Of a stretch of DNA of 64,000 nucleotides, positions 42,899 through 54,381 are shown piece after piece (the first letter of the stretch is position 1; the number at the start of each line of letters is the position of its first letter). Made by a program: the position numbers and the translations under genes. The stretch comes from an uncultured Myxococcales bacterium (GTDB lineage: Bacteria > Myxococcota_A > UBA9042 > PWKZ01 > CAYRCM01), in assembly GCA_964422715.1 (NCBI GenBank), contig CAYRCM010000010.1, forward strand, positions 7,569 to 71,568. The letters are read 5' to 3'. Below the pieces are notes generated by a model. It was not told the origin of the DNA, did not search any database, and was given only the letters and a program-made list of their open reading frames with translations.

Positions 42899-43599
42899 AG
42901 ATTCTCATCGCCGAAGACGACGAACTCATCCGCCGCGGGCTCGCCGAGATCCTCGGCCAGGAGGGCTACCAGACGTGTGAGGCCGCCGACGGGCGCGCGG
43001 CCCTGGCGCTCTTCGCCGCCGAACGACCCGATTTCGTGCTGTTGGACATCATGATGCCCGAAGTCGACGGCTTCGAAGTGTGCCGCCGCGTCGTGCAGAC
43101 GCGCCCCGAGGTGCCGGTCGTCTTCATCAGCGCGAAGACCGAAGAAATCGACCGCGTCCTCGGCCTCGAACTCGGTGCCGACGACTTCATCATGAAGCCG
43201 TTCGGAGCCCGCGAGGTGATCGCCCGCATCCGCGCCGTGACACGCCGCACGCTGCGGGCGCGCGAGGCCCGCGTTCCCGGGACCGAGGCGCGATTTCAAC
43301 TATCCGATCTCACCGTCGATCCGGCGGAACTGCGGGCGCGCCGCGGCGACCGCGTCATCGACCTGAGCCTGCGCGACGTGCGCATTCTGCAACTGCTGCA
43401 CCGCGAGCGCGGCCGGGCCGTCAGCCGCCAGCTGCTCTTCGACGTCTGCTGGGGCCTGAACTACCTGCCGAACAGTCGCACCATCGACCAACACGTGTCG
43501 CAACTGCGCAAGCGCGTCGAGGCCGACCCGCGCAACCCGCGCATCATCCGCACGGTGCACGGGGTGGGCTACCGCTACGACGACGAACCCGCCCCCTGA
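42895..43599 (+). CDS. OmpR-family response regulator (REC + winged-helix)
   Basis: GTG overlapping the kinase stop (GTGA), with CAGGAGG RBS. VKILIAEDDELIRRGLAEIL..PDFVLLDIMMPEVDGFEVCRRV..PVVFISAKTEE, then LTVDPAELRARRGDRVIDLSLRDVRILQLL...IRTVHGVGYRY. Confidence 0.88.
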   Translation: MKILIAEDDELIRRGLAEILGQEGYQTCEAADGRAALALFAAERPDFVLLDIMMPEVDGFEVCRRVVQTRPEVPVVFISAKTEEIDRVLGLELGADDFIMKPFGAREVIARIRAVTRRTLRAREARVPGTEARFQLSDLTVDPAELRARRGDRVIDLSLRDVRILQLLHRERGRAVSRQLLFDVCWGLNYLPNSRTIDQHVSQLRKRVEADPRNPRIIRTVHGVGYRYDDEPAP

Positions 43600-43794
43600 G
43601 AGCCCCGCGCGCGGCGCTCCACGCCCTGCGCGCCGCGGTCGCCCCCCCCGAACGCCCTTTCGACCTGCCCCGACCTCGCCGAGCGACGCCTCCCGAGCGA
43701 GCGGGATCGCCGCGGCGCCGGCCTTGCTTGCCTCCCCGGCGCAGGATTGCTAGGGTGGCGGCCCTTACGCGTCCCGCGGGACGGGGGGTTGAGC

Positions 43795-46545
43795 ATGAGA
43801 TTTCGGCAACGCATCCTGGGCGCCCTCGCCGAAGCCGCCGTCCGCCGTAGCAACGTGGTGCTGGCGGCGACCGGCCTCGTCGTGGCCGCGGCCGTGGCCG
43901 TGCTGCTCCTCGTGGGCCTTGGCGTTCAGACGTCGCGCGTGGATCTATGGCCGAAGGAACACGAGCTGCAGAAGCGCTTCCAGGCGTACCAGGACCTGTT
44001 TGGCAGCCCGCTGCAACTCATCGTCGTCGTGTCCGGCCCCGACGCCCGCACCAACAAGGCCGCTGCCGAACGCGTAGCGCGCGCCATTCGCACTCAAGTC
44101 AAAGAAATCAAGCAGGTTTTCTACAAGATCGACATGCGCGGGCTCACCACGCACGCGCTCTTCTACATGCCCGTCGACCGCCTGCAGACCCTGGCACGCT
44201 GGCTCAAGGAGTTCTCGGGCTCGCTCTCGTCCGAGGGCAACGCGTTCGTCATCGGCGGTCTCGTCGGCCTGCTCGAACGCGTCAACGCGGGCCTCGCCAA
44301 GATCGAAGACGGCGACACGACGGCGCTCGGCCCGCTGCGCTCGCACGCGCGCGACATCGTGAAGGCCGGCGACGGCATCTTCGAGGAGTTTGGCCACTGG
44401 CTCAGCGAGCCGGCGCGGCGCGACTTCGCGGTGGTTGGCGAAGTGGCTGGCGGCGCCGGAGCCGGCGACGAAGGGCTCGATCCCGACGGCTACCTCGTGG
44501 CCGACGGGGGGCGCATGGTGCTGCTCATGTGCCAGCCGCGCCAGGCCGACGACAATGTCGCCTACCAGAAGCCGCTCGTCGAAGCCGTCCAGCAGGTGCT
44601 GCGGGCCGAAGCCGAGCACACGCCCGGCATCGAACTCGGGCTCACCGGCATGCCGGCCTTCGCCGTCGACGAGCTCACCGTGGCCACCCACGACCTCAAC
44701 GTCGTGACCTTGATCGCGGCCATCGGCGTTCTGCTCCTCTTCCTCGTCGGCTACGGCAGCCTGCGCAACACGGTTTTCGTGGCGCTCACGCTCGGCTGCG
44801 GCATCCTCGTCGACCTGGCGGTCGTGGCGCTCGTCATTGGCCACGTCAACCTCATCTCGTCGCTGTTCGTGGCGGTGTTGCTCGGACTCGGCATCGACTA
44901 CGGCATCCAACTCATCAACCGCTTCCAGGAAGAACTCGCCGCCGGCCGGCCCCGGCAAGAAGCCCTGCGGGCCGCCGTGGTCAACACGGGCGCCAGCGTC
45001 CTGACGGGCGGCGCCACGACGGCCATGGCCTTCTTCTGTATGGCCTTTGGCGATTTTGCGCCGTTGCGCGAGCTCGGGCTCATCGCCGGCGCCGGGGTGC
45101 TGCTCATCCTGGCCGCCTCGTTCGTGCTGCTGCCGACCTTGCTCTTCAAACTGTCCAAGCCGCCGAGCAGCGCCCGCCCGGGCTCGCTGAAGGCGGCCGT
45201 TCGCGGCGAATGGCATTTGCCGGTGGCGCCGTTGCGCGGGCGGCGGGCGGCGCTGGGGGTGCTGGGGGTCGGGGTGGCCATCACGGTCGCGTTGGCGCTG
45301 CCCATCCGCCCCATCACGTTCAGCAACGACCTCATCTCGATGCTGCCGCAGAACGTGCCCTCCGTGCGCCTGCTGAAACGCCTCGAAGCCACGGGCATGT
45401 TCACGACGGCGTTCAATGCTTCCATCGTCGACTCGCTCGCGGAGGCACGCGCGCGTTCGGCCAAGTTTGCCGCCCTCTCGACGGTGTCGCGGGTGCAGTC
45501 GGTCGACCTGTTCCTGCCGAAGGACCAGGCCCAGAAGCAGCCGTTCGTCGACGAGGTGCGCACCCAGTGGAAGGGGCTGCCGCCCCTGCGCTTCGAGTCG
45601 CCCGCCATCGACGTGGCGGCGCTGCGGAGGCAGCTCACCACGCTCGCGGGCTATCTCCAGGTCGACCTGCCGCTCACGCTGCGGACGAACGGACTCGAAG
45701 AGCTGGCCCCCGGCGTCGAAGCGCTGGCGAAACGCGTGGCGGCCTTCGAGGCGCAGGTCGCGGCCCTCCCGCCGGCGCAGGTGGGCGAGCGTCTCGGCCG
45801 GCTCCAGGCGCGCGCCGCCGAGTTGCTGAGCGACTTCCAGAACGCCGCACGCGCCACGGGTGGGCCGGTCACCCCGGCCGACCTGCCCGAGGAGGTCGCC
45901 GGCCTGCTGTACAAGGCCACACCGCAGGGCGACCGTTTCCTCATTCGCGTCTACCCGAAGGGCGACATCAACGACGACAGTTTCATGCCGCGCTTCCTGG
46001 CCGAAACGCGCAGCGTCGACCCGCACATCACGGGCTACCCCGTGCCGCTCTACGAATTCGCGCTCGTCATGCAGCGCAGTTTCTACCAGGCGTTCCTCTA
46101 CGCCGCCGTCGCCATCGTCCTGCTGCTGCTCCTCGACCTGCGCCGTTTGCGCGACACGCTCCTCGCTCTCATCCCGCTCGCCATGGGCAGTGTCTGGATG
46201 GTCGGCACCATGAACCTCGCCGGCATCGACTACAACTTGGCGACCATCATGGCCATTCCGCTCATGATCGGCATCGGGGTGGCCTACGGCGTGTACATCA
46301 TCCACCGCTGTCGCGAGGCGTCGCCGCCCCGGCCCCGGCAGGTCGTGCGCACCACCGGCAAGGCCGTGCTGTTCTCGGCACTCACCACCATGATGAGTTT
46401 CGGCGCCATGGTCACGGCCAGCCACCGCGGTGCGGCCGGCCTCGGGCTGACGCTGCTCATCGGCACCACCTACTGCCTGCTCGCCTCCGTCGTCATCCTG
46501 CCGGCGCTCGTCCGGGTGCTGCCGCCGGCGCGCCCGAAGAAGTAG
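43795..46545 (+). CDS. MMPL/RND-superfamily exporter (12 TM helices, two large periplasmic loops; HpnN-like)
   Basis: MRFRQRILGALAEAAVRRSNVVLAATGLVVAAAVAVLLL. TM bundle 1 (VVTLIAAIGVLLLFLVGYGSLRNTVFVALTLGCGILVDLAVVAL..LGLGIDYGIQLINRFQEE) and bundle 2 (AAVAIVLLLLLDLRRLRDTLLALIPLAMGSVWMVGTMNLAGIDYN..IGIGVAYGVYIIHRCREA) give the MMPL architecture. Confidence 0.8.
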   Translation: MRFRQRILGALAEAAVRRSNVVLAATGLVVAAAVAVLLLVGLGVQTSRVDLWPKEHELQKRFQAYQDLFGSPLQLIVVVSGPDARTNKAAAERVARAIRTQVKEIKQVFYKIDMRGLTTHALFYMPVDRLQTLARWLKEFSGSLSSEGNAFVIGGLVGLLERVNAGLAKIEDGDTTALGPLRSHARDIVKAGDGIFEEFGHWLSEPARRDFAVVGEVAGGAGAGDEGLDPDGYLVADGGRMVLLMCQPRQADDNVAYQKPLVEAVQQVLRAEAEHTPGIELGLTGMPAFAVDELTVATHDLNVVTLIAAIGVLLLFLVGYGSLRNTVFVALTLGCGILVDLAVVALVIGHVNLISSLFVAVLLGLGIDYGIQLINRFQEELAAGRPRQEALRAAVVNTGASVLTGGATTAMAFFCMAFGDFAPLRELGLIAGAGVLLILAASFVLLPTLLFKLSKPPSSARPGSLKAAVRGEWHLPVAPLRGRRAALGVLGVGVAITVALALPIRPITFSNDLISMLPQNVPSVRLLKRLEATGMFTTAFNASIVDSLAEARARSAKFAALSTVSRVQSVDLFLPKDQAQKQPFVDEVRTQWKGLPPLRFESPAIDVAALRRQLTTLAGYLQVDLPLTLRTNGLEELAPGVEALAKRVAAFEAQVAALPPAQVGERLGRLQARAAELLSDFQNAARATGGPVTPADLPEEVAGLLYKATPQGDRFLIRVYPKGDINDDSFMPRFLAETRSVDPHITGYPVPLYEFALVMQRSFYQAFLYAAVAIVLLLLLDLRRLRDTLLALIPLAMGSVWMVGTMNLAGIDYNLATIMAIPLMIGIGVAYGVYIIHRCREASPPRPRQVVRTTGKAVLFSALTTMMSFGAMVTASHRGAAGLGLTLLIGTTYCLLASVVILPALVRVLPPARPKK

Positions 46546-46734
46546 CCCGGGCTCGGGGCCACGCAGCGCCGGGGAGCCTCTGGCCGATCGGATGACGCGG
46601 GTTCGCCGCCGGCGCTCGCCGGTGCTCCCGTTTGCAGCCGGGTCGCGGCCGTCGTTTACGGCCCCGCGACGCATGCCGTATTATGAGCCGTTTCGTGCCG
46701 CGCCCGGCCGTCGCGCCCGGGCCCCGAGGACGCC

Positions 46735-48219
46735 ATGCCGCGAGACTACCGCCCGGCCGGCCGCGCGGCCGCCGCCGATCGTCACGAACGCCAGACGCGC
46801 CGCACGCGCTACGCCTGGATTGTGCTGGCGGTCCTCTTGGCCGCCGGACTCGCCTTGGTCGTCTTCTTCCGCGGCGTGCTGCTGCCCTTCGTCGTCGCGG
46901 TGCTCGTCGCCTACGTGCTGGAGCCGCCGGTGCGCTGGCTCGCGCGGCTGCGCCTGCCGCGCCCCATCGGCGTCGCGGTCGTCTACGCTGTGTTTTTCAC
47001 GGGGGTCGGGCTCTTTTTCGGGCAGCTCGTGCCGCGCCTCGAAGCCGAGGGCCGCAAACTGCTCGACCAGTTCGAGCACCTGCTCGTCGAGGCGCCAACC
47101 TACTACCGGCGCTTCGAAAACGCGGTCGAATCGCTGCTCGGGCGCGCCGTGCCCGGCGAGACCGGCGCGCGCCCCGCAAGTGGTCTCGATCCCTACGGTT
47201 TCGGCCCCGACCTCAGCGAACGCCCCGCCTCCCCGTTGCGCTTCGACGTGCCCGCCTTGAGCGAGCAATTGCTCGGCCCGACGGCGCCCGAAGGCGACGC
47301 CCTCGACGCCATGACGGGCACGCGCCCCGAGGGCCGGCCGTCCGCCGAGGTCGACCAGGCCCTGAGCGACAGCAACCTCGTCGTGCGCCGCGTCGAAGAC
47401 GGGGTCTACGGCATCCGGTTCCGCGAATCCACCTACGAATTCAAGCAAGTCGGCGACAAGGCGTTCCACGTGTCGGTCAAGGACGCCCCCGTGCCGGGCT
47501 CGCGCGTCGCCAACCTGAAGAACGAGATCATCACGTCGGTGCGCGTGCAGCTCGAGCACCTCTCGACGCGCATGCTCTCGGGCTTCTTCGAACTGCTGCA
47601 GGGGCTCGTCGGCGGCCTCATGAACGCCGCCGTGGGCCTCGTGCTGACGCTGCTCGTGGCGGCCTACCTGCTCATGGAAGTCGACCGCTTCCAACGCTGG
47701 GTGGCGCGGCGGGTTCCGACCGCGGCGCGCGAAGGGCTGTCCGAGTTGCTCGGTCGGCTCGACCGCGGGCTGCGCGGCGTCGTGCGCGGCCAGTTGCTCG
47801 TCTGCCTCATCAACGGGGTGCTCTGTTTCATCGGCTTCCTGATCTTCATTCCGGAATACGCTGTGGTTTTCGGGGTGCTGGCCGGGCTGCTGAGTTTCAT
47901 TCCCATCTTCGGCACCATCGTCAGCGCCATTCCGGCGGTGTTCATCGGGCTCACCATCGACCTCATGACCGGCCTCTGGGTGCTGGTCTGGATCCTCGGC
48001 GTGCACTTCATCGAGGCCAACCTCGTCGAGCCGCGCATCTTCGGCCACGCCGCCCGCATCTCGCCGGTCATCGTGCTGTTCGCGCTGATGGCCGGGCAGG
48101 CGACATTCGGGCTGGCGGGGGCGCTCCTCGCGGTGCCCACGGCAGCGCTGCTCCAGGCGCTCTTCAGCTTCGTCTACGGCCGCGTGGCCCACGTCATCGA
48201 CCGCCGTCTGCCGCGTTGA
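46735..48219 (+). CDS. AI-2E family (PerM/YhhT/UPF0118) transporter with an unusually long cytoplasmic insert
   Basis: N-terminal TMs (YAWIVLAVLLAAGLALVVFFRGVLLPFVVAVLVAYVL, IGVAVVYAVFFTGVGLFF). ~220 aa soluble insert. C-terminal TM block with LLVCLINGVLCFIGFLIF..FGVLAGLLSFIPIFGTIVSAIPAVFIGL..LVWILGVHFIEANLVEPRIFG, the AI-2E signature region. Confidence 0.75.
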   Translation: MPRDYRPAGRAAAADRHERQTRRTRYAWIVLAVLLAAGLALVVFFRGVLLPFVVAVLVAYVLEPPVRWLARLRLPRPIGVAVVYAVFFTGVGLFFGQLVPRLEAEGRKLLDQFEHLLVEAPTYYRRFENAVESLLGRAVPGETGARPASGLDPYGFGPDLSERPASPLRFDVPALSEQLLGPTAPEGDALDAMTGTRPEGRPSAEVDQALSDSNLVVRRVEDGVYGIRFRESTYEFKQVGDKAFHVSVKDAPVPGSRVANLKNEIITSVRVQLEHLSTRMLSGFFELLQGLVGGLMNAAVGLVLTLLVAAYLLMEVDRFQRWVARRVPTAAREGLSELLGRLDRGLRGVVRGQLLVCLINGVLCFIGFLIFIPEYAVVFGVLAGLLSFIPIFGTIVSAIPAVFIGLTIDLMTGLWVLVWILGVHFIEANLVEPRIFGHAARISPVIVLFALMAGQATFGLAGALLAVPTAALLQALFSFVYGRVAHVIDRRLPR

Positions 48220-48248
48220 AGGCATCCCCGGCACCCCGCGTCCGCGCC

Positions 48249-48274
48249 CGCGGGCCCCTTTTGCGCGGCCCGCG
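48249..48274 (+). terminator. GC-rich hairpin 30 nt downstream of the AI-2E transporter stop (possible intrinsic terminator, no U-tract)
   Basis: cgcgggcc-ccttttgcgc-ggcccgcg forms an 8-bp perfect stem with a 10-nt loop containing TTTT. Confidence 0.3.
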
Positions 48275-48471
48275 CCGGCCGGCTTGCCAGCACACTTGAG
48301 AATTGACCTGCGCTCGCGCATACTACGGCCGCTTGCGAAACGCGGCAGCACCGAGCGAAACGCAGGGGACGGGCCGCGGTGGCAACAGCATCGGTAGCGA
48401 CGCCCGCCGGGTGGCTGCCCGACGGCGCGCGTTTGTTTGGTCGTCCGTTCGTTCCAATCAGGAGGAAGAGC

Positions 48472-49515
48472 ATGCGCAAGGTTTGTGGGGTGCTGTGTGT
48501 CGTGCTGCTCGTCGCCGCGGGCGCGTGCAGCGAGAAGGGTGGGTCCGGGGTGCGTTCGACGCTGACGCGTCAGTTCAACGACCTCGTCGGGCAGTTCTCG
48601 AACCCGACCGGTCAGGTGTCGCAGCTCGACGAAGGCTCGGCCAGCACGCTGGCCGGCGACGCCACGTCCGACCAGAGCCAGTTCAGCACGTACCAGGGGG
48701 CTTTCCAGACGCAGGGCTACGCGCTCACGCTGTCCACGCACGCCCTCGTGACCACCGGCGACCCGACGGTCGCGAAGGCCAAGTTCGCCCAGTTCGGCGG
48801 CGAGGGCCTCGGCGGCAGCGAGTGCAGCGAACTGTTCGCCGGCGTCGAACAGGAAATCCAGAACCAGGTGCAGTCCCAGGCCCAGGCGGGCGCCCGCTCG
48901 TTCGACGTGCACATCGACCGCGACGTGCCGGCGAGCTGTGCCGGCTTCCAGAGCGGCGACATCGTCATGGGCATCGACGTGCACGCCGAGGCCAACCAGC
49001 AGACGCAGCAGGCCGAGGTCGTCGTCGGCATGGCCATGCAGTGGAACAACTGCTCCAACGGCCAGCAGGTCATCAACGGCGTCTTCGAGATGGCATTCCA
49101 GTACGGCGGCCAGGGCATGTCCATGCTGTATCGCATGGAAGTCACGGCCGGCACGGAGACCGTCCGCTTCATGGCGCGCATGGTTCAGGACAACGCGGGC
49201 GACACCCGCGTCGAGTTCCTGGCCGAATACAACGGCGAGAGCTACGTGTTCGCGTTCGTGGCCGATGCCATGGGCAACTCCACGGTCGAAATCCGCGGCG
49301 CCGACTGCACGGTGTCGTGCGCGAACGGCCAGTGCTCGGGCACGGCGGGCTGCGAATCGGTCGACTGGCAGATCGCGGGCCTCGGCGGCGACGGGTCCGG
49401 CGATCCCGAAGACCCGTACGATCCCGAAGACCCCTACGACCCCGAGGATCCGTACGGAACCGACATCCCCGACGTTCCCGATTACGGCACCGACATCCCC
49501 GACATGCCGTACTGA
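48472..49515 (+). CDS. lipoprotein of unknown function with C-terminal acidic DPEDPY and GTDIPD(V/M)P(D)Y tandem repeats
   Basis: AGGAGGA RBS 6 nt before the ATG. Lipobox MRKVCGVLCVVLLVAAGACSEK. Gln/Gly/Ser-rich body ends with DPEDPYDPEDPYDPEDPYGTDIPDVPDYGTDIPDMPY. Confidence 0.55.
   Translation: MRKVCGVLCVVLLVAAGACSEKGGSGVRSTLTRQFNDLVGQFSNPTGQVSQLDEGSASTLAGDATSDQSQFSTYQGAFQTQGYALTLSTHALVTTGDPTVAKAKFAQFGGEGLGGSECSELFAGVEQEIQNQVQSQAQAGARSFDVHIDRDVPASCAGFQSGDIVMGIDVHAEANQQTQQAEVVVGMAMQWNNCSNGQQVINGVFEMAFQYGGQGMSMLYRMEVTAGTETVRFMARMVQDNAGDTRVEFLAEYNGESYVFAFVADAMGNSTVEIRGADCTVSCANGQCSGTAGCESVDWQIAGLGGDGSGDPEDPYDPEDPYDPEDPYGTDIPDVPDYGTDIPDMPY
49402..49512 (+). repeat. coding tandem repeats: 3 x 18 nt (gatcccgaagacccNtac) followed by 2 x ~30 nt (ggNaccgacatccccgac...tac)
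   Basis: Directly visible at the 3' end of the lipoprotein gene. In-frame and slippage-prone. Confidence 0.8.
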
Positions 49516-49558
49516 CAGGGTCGCCCGAAACGGCCCTCCTCCTGAGGCCGCGAGCCGC

Positions 49559-51812
<2,254 letters not shown>

Positions 51813-52099
51813 GCCAACGGTCGTTCGATCCGGCGCCCGCCGAGCCCGGAGCGGAGGCCTGCGCAGCGCGCGTGGGCCCCGGCGGGGGCGAAACGTTGAG
51901 TCGAGTGATGGGCGCCCGCGCGACCGGCGCGGCGCCTGGCTACAGGGACCGGACGGGCGGCCACGGGGCGGATCGACCGGGCCCCAGTCAACGACGCGGA
52001 GACTACGGCCCGGCCTGCGGGTTGCCCTGAGAGGCTGTTCAAAAATCTCCGTTCTGCTGCGGCGACCCCTGCCGGACGTCTGCGGCGTCACGGGGACCC

Positions 52100-52143
52100 C
52101 CGAAACCCTGCGACGTATCCCGCGATACGTCTCGGGTCTCGTG
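52100..52143 (-). terminator. imperfect 44-nt hairpin with a perfect 8-bp core ~100 nt downstream of the HU gene (candidate terminator)
   Basis: cgaaaccc-tgc-GACGTATC-ccgc-GATACGTC-tc-gggtctcg. No U-tract, which is common for high-GC terminators. Confidence 0.3.
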
Positions 52144-52227
52144 CACCCCCGCTCCTGGCAGCCATTCCGCCAGGGGTACGCCTCGCGACGAACTGCGATG
52201 TTTTCACAGCCTCTGGACGTTCGCGAA

Positions 52228-52506
52228 CTACAGCTGGTCCTTGAAGGACGGGGCCGGCTTGAACGACACGCTCTTGCTCGCCTTGATCTTGATGGCCGAG
52301 CCGGTGCGGGGATTGCGCCCCGTGCGGGCCTTGCGTTCCTTCACGTTGAAGGTGCCGAAACCGGGATACGAGAAGCGCCCGTCCTCGCCGATGGCCTTCT
52401 TCAGGGTTTCGAAGATGGCTTCCACGGCCTCGGCCGTCGCCTTCTTGGTCATTTCGGGCATGTTTTTCGCGGCCTGGACTTTCTCGATGAGCTCTGCCTT
52501 GGTCAT
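52228..52506 (-). CDS. hup: HU/IHF-family nucleoid-associated DNA-binding protein
   Basis: MTKAELIEKVQAAKNMPEMTKKATAEAVEAIFETLKKAIGEDGRFSYPGFGTFNVKERKARTGRNPRTGSAIKIKASKSVSFKPAPSFKD, including the ..RNPRTG.. arm motif. GAGGAGGA RBS. Noticeably lower GC than its surroundings. Confidence 0.88.
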   Translation of the reverse strand: MTKAELIEKVQAAKNMPEMTKKATAEAVEAIFETLKKAIGEDGRFSYPGFGTFNVKERKARTGRNPRTGSAIKIKASKSVSFKPAPSFKDQL

Positions 52507-52580
52507 TGGGATCTCCTCCTCACGGTTGCGTGTGGGTAGCGCGCCGTTCCTGATCTCTCGGATCGACGAAACCGAGCGCC

Positions 52581-52610
52581 ATCTTAGACAGGCCGGAAAC
52601 GGCGTGTCAA
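52581..52610 (-). promoter_or_regulatory. sigma-70-type promoter for the HU gene (-35 TTGACA, 18-nt spacer, -10 TAAGAT)
   Basis: The minus-strand read cTTGACAcgccgtttccggcctgtcTAAGATggcg sits ~75 nt upstream of the HU ATG. Confidence 0.45.
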
Positions 52611-52855
52611 GCGGAAACAGGGCCGCAGAGTCAACAAAATCGCGCCCCGGAGCTGTCTCAGAGCCCCCCCCGAAACCTCGACGCGCGGGAATCCGGGACC
52701 CGCCCCCCCCAGCCGGGCGGGCGGCGCCCCCGGGGTGCAACCCCGTTGACACGCGCGCGCCAACCGGTCAAAGTCGCGCGGCAATCACGGGCGGCGCCGC
52801 GAGCGCGCGGCCGCCGGCCCCGAAACGACCCGGGTGGGCGTGCAGGAGTTGAGCG

Positions 52856-54325
52856 TTGAAGATCATCGAACGCATCTATGACGACGTTCTCGAAAAGACC
52901 GTAACGCGCTGCCGCGAGCGTGGCATCCTCATCCCGACGTTCGCACAACAGAAAAACCCGGAATTGGTTCCGGCCAAGGTCAAGGAACGGCTGAAGCACA
53001 TCGGCTTGTGGGACGTCGACCCGCTCAACCTCTTCCGCATCACCTGGAAGAACGAAGCCAAAGACCGCGGCGGGCTCTACGGCCACGGCAACTGGATCGA
53101 GTTCCCCGAGTCGCTCACGGGCGTGCCGACGCGCATCGTCGGCCTTGTGGGCAAGTACTTCCCGACGGGCGCGCACAAGGTGGGCGCCGGTTTCGGGTGC
53201 CTCGTGCCGCGGCTCGTCTCGGGCGCCTTCGATCCCACGACCCAGAAAGCCGTCTGGCCGTCGACCGGCAACTTCTGCCGCGGCGGGGCGTTCGACTGCG
53301 CCCTGCTCTCCTGCACGGCCGTCGCCATCCTGCCCGAGGAAATGAGCCGCGAGCGCTTCGAGTGGCTGCGCAGCATCGGCGCTGAAGTCATCGCCACCCC
53401 GGGTTGCGAGTCGAACGTCAAGGAAATCTACGACAAGTGCTGGGAAATCCGGCGCACGCGCCCCGACTGCGTCATCTTCAATCAGTTCGAGGAGTTCGGC
53501 AACTCCATCTGGCACTACCACCTCACCGGCAGCATCGTGCAGGAAACGTTCGAGCGCATCCGTGGGCCGCAGAGCCGGCTGTCCGGCTACGTCTCGGCGA
53601 CGGGTTCGGCCGGCACCATTGCCGCGGGCGACTACTTGCGCACGCAGTTCCCGCACATCCGGGTCATCGCGACCGAGGCCCTGCAGTGCCCCACGCTGCT
53701 GCGCCTCGGGTTCGGCGGCCACCGCATCGAAGGCATTGGCGACAAGCACGTGCCGTGGGTGCACAACGTGCGCAACACCGACATGGTGGCGGCCATCGAC
53801 GACGAGGCGACCATGGCCCTCATGCGGCTGTTCAACGAAGCGGCCGGCCAGCGTTTCCTCCAGAACGAAGGCGTGCCCGAAGCGCTCGTCGCCGCCCTGC
53901 CACTGCTCGGCATCTCGAGCATCTGCAACGTGGTCGCGGCCATCAAGGCGGCCCGCTACTACGAAATGGACGGACGCGACATCATCTTCACGCCGCTCAC
54001 CGACTCCATGGAGCTCTACGGCAGCCGCATCGCCGAACTGAACGAGGCCCGCGGCCCGTACGGCGAGGGCCAGGCCGGCCGCGACTTCGCCCGCTATCTC
54101 CAGGGGGCCACGTGCGACAACCTGCGCGAGCTCAACTACCAGGACCGCAAGGCGCTCCACAACTTCAAGTACTTCACCTGGGTCGAACAGCAGGGCCGCG
54201 ACGTCAACGAACTGCGCGCGCTTTGGGATCCCGACTTCTGGACCGAGACCTTCAGCCAGGTCGACGAGTGGGACGGGCTCATCAACGCGCTCAACGCCCG
54301 CACCGGGGTGCTCGACCGGCTGTAG
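52856..54325 (+). CDS. fold-type II PLP-dependent enzyme (TrpB/CysK/threonine-synthase superfamily), specificity unknown
   Basis: TTG start with CAGGAG RBS. YFPTGAHKVGAGFGCLVPRLVSG (putative PLP-Lys in GAHK), with ..STGNFCRGGAFDCALL.. and YVSATGSAGTIAAGDYL (glycine-rich phosphate loop). The ~120 aa C-terminal extension has no obvious CBS-domain pattern. Confidence 0.6.
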   Translation: MKIIERIYDDVLEKTVTRCRERGILIPTFAQQKNPELVPAKVKERLKHIGLWDVDPLNLFRITWKNEAKDRGGLYGHGNWIEFPESLTGVPTRIVGLVGKYFPTGAHKVGAGFGCLVPRLVSGAFDPTTQKAVWPSTGNFCRGGAFDCALLSCTAVAILPEEMSRERFEWLRSIGAEVIATPGCESNVKEIYDKCWEIRRTRPDCVIFNQFEEFGNSIWHYHLTGSIVQETFERIRGPQSRLSGYVSATGSAGTIAAGDYLRTQFPHIRVIATEALQCPTLLRLGFGGHRIEGIGDKHVPWVHNVRNTDMVAAIDDEATMALMRLFNEAAGQRFLQNEGVPEALVAALPLLGISSICNVVAAIKAARYYEMDGRDIIFTPLTDSMELYGSRIAELNEARGPYGEGQAGRDFARYLQGATCDNLRELNYQDRKALHNFKYFTWVEQQGRDVNELRALWDPDFWTETFSQVDEWDGLINALNARTGVLDRL

Positions 54326-54381
54326 GCGGCCCCGGCTGCGCGGCCGCCCCGGTTCGGCCGCTCGGCGCCTAGGTAATCTCC

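Noticed and set aside
51813-52227. Possible tRNA or small gene in the 415-nt HU-queA gap
   Set aside because: No cloverleaf-compatible sequence or RBS-preceded ORF seen. Only the palindromic hairpin is noted.
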